Origin: a bacterium
GTDB lineage: Bacteria > Synergistota > GBS-1
DNA length: 64,000 bases
NCBI GenBank assembly: GCA_030153785.1
Contig: JASKLF010000005.1
Coordinates: 1 to 64,000, forward strand
Direction of reading: 5' to 3'
Position 1 is the first letter of the stretch; each line of letters starts with the position of its first letter. The position numbers were made by a program, and so were the translations under genes. Below the pieces are notes generated by a model. That model was not told the origin of the DNA and did not search any database. It was given only the letters and a program-made list of their open reading frames with translations. Below, in pieces: positions 27,619 through 38,942 of the stretch.

Positions 27619-28464
27619 GTGAGGGAGCTCCATGTTAACGAGATTATACCTGTGGTTGAGAAAATGTGTATTCAGGCTGCGAGCGTTTTGCCTTCGGATG
27701 TCATGGATGTTATAAAAAAGGCTTATGAAAAAGAGGAGTCTCCTCTTGGGGAAAATATCTTAAACCTTCTTGTTGAGAATGCAACCGTTGCGGCTAATGA
27801 GGAAGTTCCTATATGTCAGGATACGGGTATTACGCTCGTTTTCGTTGAAGTCGGTCAGGATTTAAGGATAGTTGGCGGGAGTCTTTACGATGCGATAAAC
27901 GAGGGAGTGAGGCGTGGCTATGTAAATGGTTACTTAAGGAAATCTGTGGTTAGTGACCCCATCTTTGAGCGTAAAAATACGGGGGATAATACGCCAGCCG
28001 TGATATATACCGATATCGTTCCCGGTGATAAGTTGAAGATAGCCCTTATGCCAAAGGGCGGTGGAAGCGAGAATATGAGCCAGCTAAGGATGTTAATACC
28101 TGCCGATGGGCCTGAAGGTATAAAGAAGTTCGTTTTGGAGGCTGTTGAAAGGGCTGGTCCCAATCCCTGTCCTCCCATAATACTTGGGATAGGCATAGGG
28201 GGGACGATGGATAAGGCGGCTGTTTTGTCGAAGAAGGCCTTGCTTAGGAAAGTGGGTGAGCCTCATCCGGATCCAAGGATCGCTGCGTTTGAGAGGGAGA
28301 TATTGGAGGAGGTAAACAACCTTGGTATCGGACCCCAGGGTTTGGGTGGGAGGATAACTGCCTTAGCGGTCCACATTGAAATTTATCCTACTCACTTGGT
28401 TGCTTTACCTGTAGCTATTAGTTTCCAATGCCATGCTGCAAGGCATGTTGAGGTAGTCCTTTAA
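27619..28464 (+). CDS. Fe-S fumarate/tartrate hydro-lyase alpha subunit
   Basis: PICQDTG, KGGGSEN, PCPP and CHAARH motifs. Confidence 0.9.
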   Translation: MRELHVNEIIPVVEKMCIQAASVLPSDVMDVIKKAYEKEESPLGENILNLLVENATVAANEEVPICQDTGITLVFVEVGQDLRIVGGSLYDAINEGVRRGYVNGYLRKSVVSDPIFERKNTGDNTPAVIYTDIVPGDKLKIALMPKGGGSENMSQLRMLIPADGPEGIKKFVLEAVERAGPNPCPPIILGIGIGGTMDKAAVLSKKALLRKVGEPHPDPRIAAFEREILEEVNNLGIGPQGLGGRITALAVHIEIYPTHLVALPVAISFQCHAARHVEVVL

Positions 28465-28479
28465 GGGGGTGCTAAAGGA

Positions 28480-29031
28480 ATGGCTAAGAAGATAAATACT
28501 CCTTTGACTGATGAGGTGGTTTTAGACCTTAAGGCGGGTGACGAGGTTTTAATTTCCGGTGTTATTTACACTGGCAGGGATGCCGCTCATAAGCGCTTGA
28601 GAGAGCTTATGTCCCGTGGGGAGAAGCTTCCTATAGAACTTGAGGGACAAATAATATACTATGTGGGGCCTTGTCCACCCAAGCCTGGTCAGGTTATTGG
28701 TTCAGCTGGTCCAACCACAAGCGGTAGGATGGACCCTTACGCTCCCTTGTTAATAGAACGAGGCTTAAAGGGAATGATAGGTAAAGGATCGAGAAAGCCG
28801 GAAGTTATAGAGACTATGAAGAAACACAAGGCGGTTTACTTTTTGGCTGTAGGTGGACTTGGAGCCTTACTTGCGAAGCGCGTTAAGAAAGCTGAGGTTG
28901 TAGCCTTTCCAGACCTTGGCCCTGAGGCCATATATAGACTCGAAGTAGAAGATTTTCCCGTCATAGTTGGTATAGATGCATATGGCAATAATCTCTATGT
29001 GGAGGGAGTAAAGAAATACAGAAAATCCTAA
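28480..29031 (+). CDS. Fe-S fumarate/tartrate hydro-lyase beta subunit
   Basis: RDAAH, GPTTSGRMD and MIGKG motifs. Confidence 0.9.
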   Translation: MAKKINTPLTDEVVLDLKAGDEVLISGVIYTGRDAAHKRLRELMSRGEKLPIELEGQIIYYVGPCPPKPGQVIGSAGPTTSGRMDPYAPLLIERGLKGMIGKGSRKPEVIETMKKHKAVYFLAVGGLGALLAKRVKKAEVVAFPDLGPEAIYRLEVEDFPVIVGIDAYGNNLYVEGVKKYRKS

Positions 29032-29046
29032 GGGGGGAGACGTGTA

Positions 29047-30396
29047 ATGTCAAATAAGGAGGAACTTTTAAAGAAGGCTAATAAGCCAGCTGAAGATGCA
29101 ATGCGGTTGCACAAATTCTACAGGGGTAAAATTCAGACAGGTTTAAGATGCGTGGTAAGAAATGTTGATGACTTTGCTATCTGGTATACCCCTGGTGTTG
29201 CGGCTCCTTGTAAGGCTATACAGGCCAACAAGGAGCTTGTTTATGAGTACACCTGGAAGTGGAATGTGGTAGCTGTTGTAAGCGATGGAACGAGGGTATT
29301 GGGTCTTGGCGATATCGGCCCGGAGGCTGCCATGCCCGTTATGGAGGGCAAATCCTTGCTCTTCAAGTATCTCGGTGGTGTCGATGCCGTTCCCATATGT
29401 CTTGATACGAAGGACCCTGATGAGTTTATTCAGACCGTTAAATATTTGCAGCCTTCCTTCGGTGGAATAAACCTTGAGGATATCGAACAGCCGAAGTGCT
29501 TTTACATACTTGAGAAGTTAAGGAATGAGATGGAAATACCGGTATGGCATGATGATCAGCAGGGAACGGCTGCTGTAAGTTTGGCAGGATTGATTAACGC
29601 GGCGAAGATCGTGGGTAAGAAGATGCAGGATATGAAGATAGTCATATTGGGTGCCGGTGCTGCGGGGATATGTACTGCAAGGCTTCTTATGGCTGCCGGT
29701 GTTCCCGGTGGTAACATTATCCTGTGCGATTCTAAGGGAACGCTTCATAAGGGTAGAACTGACTTGGAGCGGAACAGGGATAAGTTCAAGGAGAAGTGGG
29801 AAATGTGCGAAAAGACGAATGCCGAAAACGTAGTGGGTGATGCGGAAACGGCCTTGAAGGGTGCTGACGCTGTGATAGGGCTTTCCACTCCCGGTCCTGA
29901 TACCATAAAGAAGGAGTGGGTTAAGGGCATGGCTAAAGATGCGATAGTTTTTGCATGTGCCAATCCTACCCCGGAGATATGGCCTTGGGATGCTAAAGAG
30001 GCTGGAGCTAAGGTTGTTGCAACGGGGAGGTCTGACTTCCCCAATCAGGTGAATAATTCTCTTGGATTCCCTGCCATATTCCGTGGTGCCTTAGACGTAA
30101 GGGCGAAGACCATTACCGATGAGATGTGTATCGCTGCTGCCAATGCCTTAGCTGATTATGTGGAGAAGAAAGGCCTTTTGAACGAGGATTTCATTCTTCC
30201 AACCATGGATATGTGGGAGGTATATGTGGAGGAGGCTGTGGCTGTTGGATTGAAGGCTATAGAGCAGGGTATAGCCAGGGTTAAGCCCACGCGTGAGGAG
30301 TTAGTCAAGAGCGCTGAGGAATCTATAAAATCTGCAAGGGAAATGGTAAGGTTAATGATGGAGTCCAAGCTAATTCCGCCCGCTCCGGAGGAGTAA
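29047..30396 (+). CDS. NAD(P)-dependent malic enzyme
   Basis: [32 protein letters not shown] and [11 protein letters not shown] motifs. Confidence 0.92.
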   Translation: MSNKEELLKKANKPAEDAMRLHKFYRGKIQTGLRCVVRNVDDFAIWYTPGVAAPCKAIQANKELVYEYTWKWNVVAVVSDGTRVLGLGDIGPEAAMPVMEGKSLLFKYLGGVDAVPICLDTKDPDEFIQTVKYLQPSFGGINLEDIEQPKCFYILEKLRNEMEIPVWHDDQQGTAAVSLAGLINAAKIVGKKMQDMKIVILGAGAAGICTARLLMAAGVPGGNIILCDSKGTLHKGRTDLERNRDKFKEKWEMCEKTNAENVVGDAETALKGADAVIGLSTPGPDTIKKEWVKGMAKDAIVFACANPTPEIWPWDAKEAGAKVVATGRSDFPNQVNNSLGFPAIFRGALDVRAKTITDEMCIAAANALADYVEKKGLLNEDFILPTMDMWEVYVEEAVAVGLKAIEQGIARVKPTREELVKSAEESIKSAREMVRLMMESKLIPPAPEE

Positions 30397-30405
30397 AAAG
30401 GTAAT

Positions 30406-30439
30406 AAAAAACCCCCTCCCGCGCGGGAGGGGGTTTTTT
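30406..30439. terminator. Bidirectional intrinsic terminator
   Basis: AAAAAACCCCCTCCC-GCGC-GGGAGGGGGTTTTTT between convergent genes. Confidence 0.85.
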
Positions 30440-30443
30440 ATTG

Positions 30444-32453
30444 TTAATTTATTTTGAACCTCCTTATGAGCTCATGAAGCTCTTCCGCTATCTCGGAAAG
30501 GGCGTCAGCTGATGTGCTTAAGGAGTTGCTTGCCTCGGCTTGTTTCCTTACCGCTTCCGTCATTTGCTCTATTTGCTCGGCTATGGTGGTTATAGAGCGT
30601 GTTGCCAAGTCCATGGCGCTACTCATCTCTTGGGTAGATGCGCTTTGCTCTTGAGCTGTGGCTGCAAGGCTTTCTATCCCAGCCCCCATTTTTTCCACTT
30701 CATCAAGGATGCTTAACAGTTGTTCCTTTATCTTGACCGAGCTTGTTGCGGCTTCCTCTATGGCTTTAACGGTTTCATTGGTTAGAAGGCTTGCCTCTTG
30801 GGCTCCTCCCTTGATTTGATTGAGTATCTGGGAAATTTTGTCTGTGGCGGATTTACTTCCCTCTGCAAGCTTTCTTATCTCATCCGCCACAACTGCGAAT
30901 CCTCGGCCAGCTTCACCAGCTCTGGCGGCCTCTATTGCAGCGTTTAGAGCTAAGAGGTTGGTTTGCTCGGCTATCGAGCTTATCGTTTGAAGGATATCGC
31001 CGATGTTTTTGGCCATCTCAGAAAGCTCATAAACCGCTTTTTCCGTGCCTTTCGATTTTTCCTTTGTCTTTTCTATCACCTCTACGATAAGGTTTATGGC
31101 TTGTTCTCCCTCTTTAACTGATGCATTTACATTTTGAGCCCTTTCCGCCAGATCCTGTGCGGCTTTTGCAAGGTTTTGGGCGCTCGATGCTATCTCCTCT
31201 ATCCCCGCGTTAGCCTCTTCTATGGAAGCTGAGGCATCCTGAGCTGATTTATTTATCTCTTCCATTTGAGCGGCAAGTTCCTGGCTTGTGGAGCTAACAT
31301 CTTCTACCGCCTTTGCGAGGTTATCACTGGAGGAAGATATTTCCTCGGACCTCTTAGTTATTGTTATGAAAGATTCCTTTAATGATGTTGCCATTTTGTT
31401 TAGCGCTTGGGCTATGTGTCCTATTTCATCTTCGCTCTTTGCCTGGAAGGTAACCGTTAGGTCGCCCTCTCCGAATAGGGCTATTCTTTGAGCGAGTCCT
31501 TTTAGAGGCTTTGAAATGGTTCCGCTTACGAAAACGATAATGACGGCCATTAAGGCTACAAGCACGCCGAAAAGTAGAGTTGTGGATTTTGCTACGCTTG
31601 CTCCGTAGGTCGCGATTTCCCTTTCAGGGACATCGACGAGAAAGGCCCATCCCTTTGCGGTTTCTATGGGAGCGTAAAAGGTGTAATTAACGGACCCATC
31701 GGGAAGGGTAATCTTCACATAACCGGTCTTCCCCCCGAGAATGTCGCTTGCTAACTCTTCAAGTCCCTTAATGCCCATTTTAGAGGCTTCGGTTATCTTC
31801 AGCTTCATTATGTAATCTTGGTTGGGATGAGCTATGACCGTTCCGCTTCCATCCACTATCCATCCATAGCCGGAGCTTCCTACCTTTATTTCTGAAGCGA
31901 TTTTGGCTAGCTGTGTGGCTGTTACTCCTGCACAAAGTAAACCTATGGTTTTGCCATCATCTTTTACTGGTTTGGCTACTACAAATATTGGTTTACCTGT
32001 TGCTCTTGAAATAATAGCGTTTGAAATTGATAGTTCCTTTCCTTCTTCGACTATTTCCTTGAAGTAACTCCTATCTTTCACGTTTATCTTTGCGCCGGCA
32101 GTGCTCTCTGCTTTCCCTGTGAGGTCAACTATAAGAACGTCTTCATAGGGCTTGTTTTTTATCCTTGGTGGTAGATAAGTCTTTAGTAGATTGGTCCAGT
32201 CCCCGCTTTTTAAGGCGTCTTTTGCCGCATTGGTTCCTGCAAGCCAGCTTACATCACTTATCACGCTTTTCATCCATTCGTCAACTATTTTTGCTCCCTT
32301 TTCTGAAATTTCAAGACTCAGGCTTTCGACGATTTCGTCGATGGACGAATCTACCCTTTCTCTTGTTAGTAGTGCTATAGTAGCCGATAAGGCTATTATA
32401 GGGATTAAAAGTAAAACGAGTAGCTTGATCCGTACACTTTTCATTTTATTCAA
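30444..32453 (-). CDS. Methyl-accepting chemotaxis protein (dCache, HAMP)
   Basis: Two TM segments, a Cache sensor, and [27 protein letters not shown]. Confidence 0.93.
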   Translation of the reverse strand: MNKMKSVRIKLLVLLLIPIIALSATIALLTRERVDSSIDEIVESLSLEISEKGAKIVDEWMKSVISDVSWLAGTNAAKDALKSGDWTNLLKTYLPPRIKNKPYEDVLIVDLTGKAESTAGAKINVKDRSYFKEIVEEGKELSISNAIISRATGKPIFVVAKPVKDDGKTIGLLCAGVTATQLAKIASEIKVGSSGYGWIVDGSGTVIAHPNQDYIMKLKITEASKMGIKGLEELASDILGGKTGYVKITLPDGSVNYTFYAPIETAKGWAFLVDVPEREIATYGASVAKSTTLLFGVLVALMAVIIVFVSGTISKPLKGLAQRIALFGEGDLTVTFQAKSEDEIGHIAQALNKMATSLKESFITITKRSEEISSSSDNLAKAVEDVSSTSQELAAQMEEINKSAQDASASIEEANAGIEEIASSAQNLAKAAQDLAERAQNVNASVKEGEQAINLIVEVIEKTKEKSKGTEKAVYELSEMAKNIGDILQTISSIAEQTNLLALNAAIEAARAGEAGRGFAVVADEIRKLAEGSKSATDKISQILNQIKGGAQEASLLTNETVKAIEEAATSSVKIKEQLLSILDEVEKMGAGIESLAATAQEQSASTQEMSSAMDLATRSITTIAEQIEQMTEAVRKQAEASNSLSTSADALSEIAEELHELIRRFKIN

Positions 32454-32625
32454 CCTCCTCCAATATTAAAATTATGTTAAAATTAATTTGTGTCGAAGTT
32501 CTTAATTTGTGTTGATTTGGAATTTGAAGCTGGTCAAAACTGACCTTCAAAAGTTTATTACTTCTTTAGCCTCTTGTCAATAAATTTTTTATGGGTTATT
32601 GTTTTAAAAAGAGGAGGGTTATAGG

Positions 32626-34623
32626 ATGTTTGAGGGAGAAGAATATAAAAATAATTTATATAAATTGAAAGCCCTTTTGGATTTGGTTCAGGTTATGGTT
32701 TTGGTCTTAGATAAGGAAGGCAGGGTGACCTTCATAAATCCGAAGGGGTGTGAGATACTCGGATATAGTGAAGAGGAGATTATCGGTAAGGATTGGTTTA
32801 CCAACTTTTTACCCGAGGATATAAGGGAGGGGGTCAAGAGGGTGTTTCAAAAGCTTGTTAACGGGGAGCTTGGGCCTGTGAGATATAATGAAAACCCCGT
32901 TCTCACGAAAAAGGGAGAGCAAAGAATCATAGCTTGGCATAACAGCTTTTTGCGGGACGAGCATGGAAATATATCGGAGGTCATAAGCGCGGGAGAGGAC
33001 ATAACGGAGTTAAAGAGCTATATGGTTTCCTTGGGTAACCTGTATGATTTAGCAAGAGAGCTTGTGGAAGGGGAATTAGACTTTGTAGAAAGGGCAAGGA
33101 TTGTTGTTAAAAGATGTGTTGAGAGGTTCGATGCCTATATGTCGCTGATTGGATGGGTTGAGCCCGATGGAAGGGTGAGGCTTGTGGCTCACTACCCCGA
33201 GGGACATCCTTATTTTGATGGCCTTATAGTCCGCTGGGATAAAAGCCCCTATGGAATGGGAAGCGCGGGAAAGGCCATTAGAAGCGGTCTTCCCCAGGTT
33301 GTAGAAGATGTAGAGAGTGATAGCTCTTTCCTCGCTTGGCGGGAGAAAGCCATTTCCGCTAACCTTAAAACGGTGGCATCCTTTCCAATGATGAGTAAGG
33401 GAAGGGTTTATGGAGTTTTGACCCTATACTCCAGAGAGAGGGGATTTTTCACCAAAGGGAGGGTGGAAACCTTCCAAGTGGTTGCAAACATTGCGGCTTC
33501 TTCATTGGAAAACGCTCGGCTTTTTGAGGAATCACGGAAAAGGCTTAGTATGCTTCAGACCTTAAGAAATATAGACAGGACTATAAGCGGTAGCTTAGAT
33601 CCAAGTTTAACGATGAAGGTAGTTCTTGACGAGATTATTAAACAGCTTAATGTTGATGCCGCTTCCATACTCCGCCTCGACCCGTGGACGATGGAGCTAA
33701 GGATTTCTCATGGATGGGGCTTCGCTGTAAAAGAGTTTGAAAAGGCTCGCATAAGGGTGGGAGAGGGAGTAGCTGGTAAGGCTCTTTTGGAGAAAAGGGT
33801 TTTGTGGCTGGAGAGCATAGAGATAGATAACCCGAGAAGCCCCCTTTTAAGGGAGGAAGGTTTTCAAAGTTATTTCGCTGCTCCTCTTATAAGCAAGGGT
33901 AAAAACCTTGGCGTTTTGGAGATATTTAAAAGAAGTCCTATTCACGCTGATGAGGAATGGATAGGCTTCTTAGAGACCTTGGCTGGACAATTGGCCATAG
34001 CGATAGATAACATGGAGCTTTTAAGAAACCTTGAAAATACAAACATAAAGCTTCTTCAGGCCTATGAAGATACCATAGAAAGCTGGGCGAAGGTTTTGGA
34101 GCTCCGTGACAGGGAAACCGAGGGGCATAGTGAGAGGGTGACGGAGCTGACACTCAAAGTGGCTAAAAAGCTTGGCATAGAAGGAGAGGCCCTTGTTCAC
34201 ATTAGAAGGGGAGCTCTTCTTCACGATATTGGCAAGCTTGCTATCCCCGATAGCATACTTTTAAAGCCTGGCCCGCTAAATGCGGAGGAATGGGAGATGA
34301 TGAAGAAGCATCCCGTTTATGCCTATGAGCTTCTTTCGAGGATAGAATATCTAAAACCCGCTTTAGATATCCCCTATTACCATTATGAAAGATGGGATGG
34401 AAGCGGTTATCCTAAGGGGCTGAGGGGTGAAGAAATTCCTCTTCCTGCAAGAATTTTTTCGGTAGTGGACGTTTATGACGCCCTAACAAGCGACCGTCCC
34501 TATCGAAAGGCATGGACGAAGGAGGAAGCTATAAAATACATAAAGGATGAAAGCGGACGGCTCTTCGATCCAAAGGTTGTAAAGGCTTTTCTTGAAGTAT
34601 TAAGGGAGGAGGAAATAAGTTGA
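32626..34623 (+). CDS. PAS-GAF-GAF HD-GYP phosphodiesterase
   Basis: N-terminal PAS, two GAFs, GHSERV, LHDIGK and HYERWDGSGYP motifs. Confidence 0.9.
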   Translation: MFEGEEYKNNLYKLKALLDLVQVMVLVLDKEGRVTFINPKGCEILGYSEEEIIGKDWFTNFLPEDIREGVKRVFQKLVNGELGPVRYNENPVLTKKGEQRIIAWHNSFLRDEHGNISEVISAGEDITELKSYMVSLGNLYDLARELVEGELDFVERARIVVKRCVERFDAYMSLIGWVEPDGRVRLVAHYPEGHPYFDGLIVRWDKSPYGMGSAGKAIRSGLPQVVEDVESDSSFLAWREKAISANLKTVASFPMMSKGRVYGVLTLYSRERGFFTKGRVETFQVVANIAASSLENARLFEESRKRLSMLQTLRNIDRTISGSLDPSLTMKVVLDEIIKQLNVDAASILRLDPWTMELRISHGWGFAVKEFEKARIRVGEGVAGKALLEKRVLWLESIEIDNPRSPLLREEGFQSYFAAPLISKGKNLGVLEIFKRSPIHADEEWIGFLETLAGQLAIAIDNMELLRNLENTNIKLLQAYEDTIESWAKVLELRDRETEGHSERVTELTLKVAKKLGIEGEALVHIRRGALLHDIGKLAIPDSILLKPGPLNAEEWEMMKKHPVYAYELLSRIEYLKPALDIPYYHYERWDGSGYPKGLRGEEIPLPARIFSVVDVYDALTSDRPYRKAWTKEEAIKYIKDESGRLFDPKVVKAFLEVLREEEIS

Positions 34624-34624
34624 A

Positions 34625-34649
34625 GGCCCGGGAAAAGCCTCCCGGGCCT
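34625..34649. terminator. Hairpin between convergent genes
   Basis: GGCCCGGGA...TCCCGGGCC inverted repeat. Confidence 0.55.
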
Positions 34650-34656
34650 CTGTAGT

Positions 34657-35706
34657 TTACCCCTTTATTTTCCTCGCAAGCTCGGCAAGTTCGGGTGGGT
34701 TTATAACCCTTCCCTTATCGGTTATCTGAAGGTCATCTATCCATACCGAGGAATTTAAGCAGATGCCATCGGTATGGGATGAGGCTGGAACTCCGCCGGG
34801 TATATCGGGGACCAGGCGCGGTCCAATATTTCCTATACCCCATTCTGTGGCTCCCCAAACCCTTTCGTCTTCCACGATGTCTCCCGTGAGCTTTGCGCCC
34901 GGGTTAAAACCATAGGATATATGGGCCAGCTGATACATGTTAGGGTCATTAAAGCTTTTAATCCAATCCTCTAACTCCCTTGCCTCTCTTCCGCCCTCTA
35001 TCTTTACTATTCTTCCCCCTTCGATGGTTAGCTTTATGGGTTCGCGAAGCAGTCCTATAGGCGGGTATATGGAGCCATCGAAGACTATGTATCCGTTTAT
35101 CGTTTCAAGCTTGGGTGTCCAGCTTATCTGCCCGGGAAGCATTCCGTAAGTTCCCTTTGGAATATATCCCGAGTGAACTATGGGTGGTCTTTCGGGGTGG
35201 TTTTCGAATTCTACATCGGTTCCCGCTGGTGTCGTTATCCTCACGCGTTTTCCTTTCATCGTGATTTCCGCTACCATATTCAGGAATCTGGCTAAGGCTT
35301 TTATGTCCACCCTTCCTATAACCCTAACCATCATGTCTGGGTTCATTCCTACAAGGCATATATACCTTATGTTTTTGTTCTCCGATATAACTTTATCGAA
35401 CACCGTGGAATATAATAGCCACTGATAGTTAAACTCTATCCATACATCTACATTGTTTAAGGCGCCGATCAGGGCATCTTGAGGAAGCATTGGGTCTGCA
35501 GCCTTTCCCACTCCCAGGGGGGTGGCAACCCACATGACCAATGGTTTCGCTCCTGTCTCAAAGACCGCTCTTGCCGTTGCATTGACCACGGCTTCACTGG
35601 AAAGGGTATCTGCGGTTATCCCTACCACTTCATCAGGCTGGATATCGAGGATATCTTTAACGAGCTTTCTTGCTGCGAGTCCGAGCTCGAAGTCGTAGGT
35701 ATGCAT
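34657..35706 (-). CDS. M29-like (thermophilic aminopeptidase-fold) metallohydrolase
   Basis: TPAGTD, IVFDGS, DIVEDERVWG and SHTDG motifs. Confidence 0.75.
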   Translation of the reverse strand: MHTYDFELGLAARKLVKDILDIQPDEVVGITADTLSSEAVVNATARAVFETGAKPLVMWVATPLGVGKAADPMLPQDALIGALNNVDVWIEFNYQWLLYSTVFDKVISENKNIRYICLVGMNPDMMVRVIGRVDIKALARFLNMVAEITMKGKRVRITTPAGTDVEFENHPERPPIVHSGYIPKGTYGMLPGQISWTPKLETINGYIVFDGSIYPPIGLLREPIKLTIEGGRIVKIEGGREARELEDWIKSFNDPNMYQLAHISYGFNPGAKLTGDIVEDERVWGATEWGIGNIGPRLVPDIPGGVPASSHTDGICLNSSVWIDDLQITDKGRVINPPELAELARKIKG

Positions 35707-35715
35707 GGCAACTTA

Positions 35716-37296
35716 TCACTTCCTTCCGAGTCTTAAGGTGGACCTGAAGAAGCTTACCAGCGTTGCTCCTGCTATGAAGCCAGCCCCAAGAACGTAAAGG
35801 ACGTTTTGCCCTTCCTCTTTGAAGGCTTTTATAACTAAGAGTCTTATTCCTAAGGCTACAAGGACGGTGAAACCTGCTATTGGATATCTTATAAGTAACC
35901 CTGTTGCAAGAAGTATGCCTATTTGCCTGTCCGGTCCGCCGAGCGCCTGAACTATTGCACCGGGGATTGCCCATATTATTAGATATTTTGCTATTTGCGA
36001 ATTAGCTCCAGCTTCTATCGTCTTGGCATATACTCTATCAACGGGAGGAACGAGATCCTGCACCAGGTAGGTTTTGGCCAAGATCGCTACCATAATCGCT
36101 GCTATAACGAGCCCTGTTATTTCGGCAATATACTGCTGTCTCCTTCCCTCCATTTCGAAGGCCTGGTCTTTTCCGTAGCCTCTTATAATCCAACCAGCTT
36201 TAAGGTCGTATCCCATGTCGGCAAAGGCGGGTCCTGTGGAGGCGGTGTATCCTACGAGCAGGCCCAATGCTATAGGTGGAAAGCCCATGAGCATCCCTAT
36301 AGTCAGGAATATCAAAGCTGTCGCGAAGGCCGGAAACCAACCCGCATGCATCGCTGAAAGTCCCACCATAAGCTCGGAGATAATTGCTGCTATGGCAGCA
36401 AATATTATCCACCATATGAAGGTACTTGTTGGCATATCGGTATATAAACCTCCCATAACCGCTATGAGAAGTCCTATACCTATGTAGAGAATGAATCCTT
36501 TGCTGAGCCCGAAGGCGATGTCTCTATCGGGTCTTGATGGCTTGTAGTCCCCCAGCTCCTCTTTAACGGCTTCTTTTTTCTTGGTGAGAATGATTATTAT
36601 TTGAATTAAGGCTGTTACACCTGCTCCTATCATTATTCCGTGAGGCACATAATATTGGTTAATATCAACGCCAAAGAGCTTTGTAGAGTATCCCCTCAGT
36701 ATAAGGCCTATTCCAAACATGGCTAATGCCCACATGTTTCCTATCCATGCAACTCCGGCGACGTCAGCGGGAATTCCAAAGTATGCTAACGTTCCACCGC
36801 CGATCATCCCGTAAATTAGATAGAGCGCTCTTTTACCCTTTTGAGCTGCGGCGAGAAGAGTTTCAGCTGTGGCTATGCCCGGTGGCCATGGATTTTTAGC
36901 CGGGAAAATCCTTGTGTCAAAGAGCCAGTAGATAATTGTCATGTCCACTACCGCTCCCAAGAAGGCACCTATGAGCATGGGCATAACGAGGTCGGGCCTT
37001 TTAAGGAGCCAAGGTATAGCGGCGGGTAGGAATATGGCGTTTGCCGCTCCAAAGGTGGCTCCTGAAATGGTTGTCTGAACAAGGTTTTGTCTGTTGATGT
37101 CGAGGAATTTTTGTAAGGCGATAATGGGAAGCCTTGCAAGTATTATGGCTATTAAGGCACCTATTATGGAAGTATTCGTTGATATACCGAGGCGGGTGAT
37201 AAGCTCAAGTCCTATGATGGTTCCAAATACGGCCATGGCTATGTTGAGTATCAATACTGAAGGTTCAAGCGCCGATGGGTGTCTTTTCCCTTCCAT
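35716..37296 (-). CDS. OPT-family oligopeptide transporter
   Basis: Many TM segments; QNLVQT, WPPGIA and ADMGYDLKAG motifs. Confidence 0.8.
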   Translation of the reverse strand: MEGKRHPSALEPSVLILNIAMAVFGTIIGLELITRLGISTNTSIIGALIAIILARLPIIALQKFLDINRQNLVQTTISGATFGAANAIFLPAAIPWLLKRPDLVMPMLIGAFLGAVVDMTIIYWLFDTRIFPAKNPWPPGIATAETLLAAAQKGKRALYLIYGMIGGGTLAYFGIPADVAGVAWIGNMWALAMFGIGLILRGYSTKLFGVDINQYYVPHGIMIGAGVTALIQIIIILTKKKEAVKEELGDYKPSRPDRDIAFGLSKGFILYIGIGLLIAVMGGLYTDMPTSTFIWWIIFAAIAAIISELMVGLSAMHAGWFPAFATALIFLTIGMLMGFPPIALGLLVGYTASTGPAFADMGYDLKAGWIIRGYGKDQAFEMEGRRQQYIAEITGLVIAAIMVAILAKTYLVQDLVPPVDRVYAKTIEAGANSQIAKYLIIWAIPGAIVQALGGPDRQIGILLATGLLIRYPIAGFTVLVALGIRLLVIKAFKEEGQNVLYVLGAGFIAGATLVSFFRSTLRLGRK

Positions 37297-37311
37297 CTTC
37301 TACCACTCCCT

Positions 37312-38280
37312 TCATATTAGGAGCTTGCCCTCTCTCATGAGGGGCTTTCCATCCACAATTACTGTCGGGCTTTTTACTATTCCATCGAGGTGAATTGGAG
37401 CTCTTACGGTTCCTCCAAAATCTATGTTGCTTCCTAGCGCTATATGAATGGTTCCTAAGACCTTTTCATCTTCAAGGATGTTACCGCTTATCATGGCCTG
37501 TGGATTGGTCCCAATCCCGAACTCTCCAATGTTTCTTGCTTCCTCACCGTATCCTGAAAGTATTTCTTTGAGTTTCTCTGCTTCTTCCTGTCCCTCAATA
37601 TCTTTTACCTTTCCATCTTTTATAATAAGTTTTATAGGATTCTTAAGCAATCCTATTCCCGCCATGGAGCCATCTATTACGACTATCCCCTCCGCCGTCC
37701 CTTCTACCGGTGCTATGAAGGCTTCAGCTCCAGGGATGTTCCCACATTCGCCAACCCTTTTGTAGATGCCCGTGCTTCTCTTAGCCTGCCTTTCGGTTAT
37801 ATAGAACTTCAAGTTTGTTCCTGAAGAAGTTAATATTTCAACCCTTTCCCCTCTATCAAGTATCTCTGCCACCCTATTCGTTATCTGAAGTATCTCTTCA
37901 TAATTGACCTTTAAGGTTCTTATAAAGATCTCCTCGGTTATTCCCGGTAAGGTTGCGACCCTCGTTCCTCTCTCGCAGGCCTCCTTTTTGGCGAGGGTGT
38001 GGGTTATGGATTTGGATGTTGGTGCTAAAACCACATCAGAGGATTTCATCGCTTCGGCTATAGGGGGAGGGGGCTCTTCGCCGTGCATCTTTCTTGGTAG
38101 CATTTCCATGTAAATTGCTTCTGTGCCAAGCTCTTTTGCTTTTAACCACAGGTGAACCCCTATGTTTCTTTTCTCCTCGTCGGTTATGATGGATACTATT
38201 TCACCTTCTTTCACTCCCATACAATCCTTTAAAGCCACTTCACAGGCTTCGTAAAGCTCCTTATCTATCTCGATTTTCAA
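37312..38280 (-). CDS. M29-like aminopeptidase
   Basis: HGEEPP, GNIPGAE, IGEFGIGTN, EDEKVLGTIHIALG and HLDG motifs. Confidence 0.82.
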   Translation of the reverse strand: MKIEIDKELYEACEVALKDCMGVKEGEIVSIITDEEKRNIGVHLWLKAKELGTEAIYMEMLPRKMHGEEPPPPIAEAMKSSDVVLAPTSKSITHTLAKKEACERGTRVATLPGITEEIFIRTLKVNYEEILQITNRVAEILDRGERVEILTSSGTNLKFYITERQAKRSTGIYKRVGECGNIPGAEAFIAPVEGTAEGIVVIDGSMAGIGLLKNPIKLIIKDGKVKDIEGQEEAEKLKEILSGYGEEARNIGEFGIGTNPQAMISGNILEDEKVLGTIHIALGSNIDFGGTVRAPIHLDGIVKSPTVIVDGKPLMREGKLLI

Positions 38281-38942
38281 GCTTTCTCACCTCCCAAAAG
38301 TTCGCCTATAACTCTTGCTATGAGCGTTCGTGGCAGGAGGATGGGTCTTCCTGTAAGTTCTCTTAGTATCCTTTTAACGTTCAGGTTATATCCTATGCAG
38401 TCCAATACTATGAGGTCACAATTTTTAAGTTCCCCGGCCATCCTTATAAGCTCCTCTTCCTTTCCACTGTAGGGAGAGATACTCCCTATAGTAATTTCTT
38501 TTGCCTTTCCTTCCCATTTTCTTAGGGTCATTTCTTCCTGTCTTGGATCTGGTATCAGTATGCCGAGCCTGTTTACATTTAGGGACTCAACCGTCTTTGC
38601 TAAGAGATTTGACGGTTCAATCAATATCTTCTTTGAGCTGATCTCTTTAAACTCTCCCGTGCAAAGTAAACCTATTATATCAACCTTATCCTCTATTTTC
38701 TTTACACACTCTTTTAAGCTTCGTGTTATAAGATTACCGTTTAGCTTTACCTCTCTCCCATCTCTGAGCCTGCTTACCAACACGGGGTCTCCTTCTTTCG
38801 GCGAAAGGGATTCTATTTCCTCGAGGGATAAGCCATCTAAAGCTCCAATCTCAAGTATTTCCACATCGCCAAGGTAAGGCTTCATCTCTGGAACTACGTC
38901 TACCCTTGGAGATTGACCTATGGTTATAAAACCGACCTTCAC
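38277..38942 (-). CDS. AroM-family protein
   Basis: TIGQSPRVD, LVSRLRDG, LCTGEF and LDCIGY motifs. Confidence 0.85.
   Translation of the reverse strand: MKVGFITIGQSPRVDVVPEMKPYLGDVEILEIGALDGLSLEEIESLSPKEGDPVLVSRLRDGREVKLNGNLITRSLKECVKKIEDKVDIIGLLCTGEFKEISSKKILIEPSNLLAKTVESLNVNRLGILIPDPRQEEMTLRKWEGKAKEITIGSISPYSGKEEELIRMAGELKNCDLIVLDCIGYNLNVKRILRELTGRPILLPRTLIARVIGELLGGEKA

Noticed and set aside
32460..32620. c-di-GMP riboswitch between the MCP and HD-GYP genes
   Set aside because: Only a weak hairpin and a short direct repeat; the conserved riboswitch motifs are not seen
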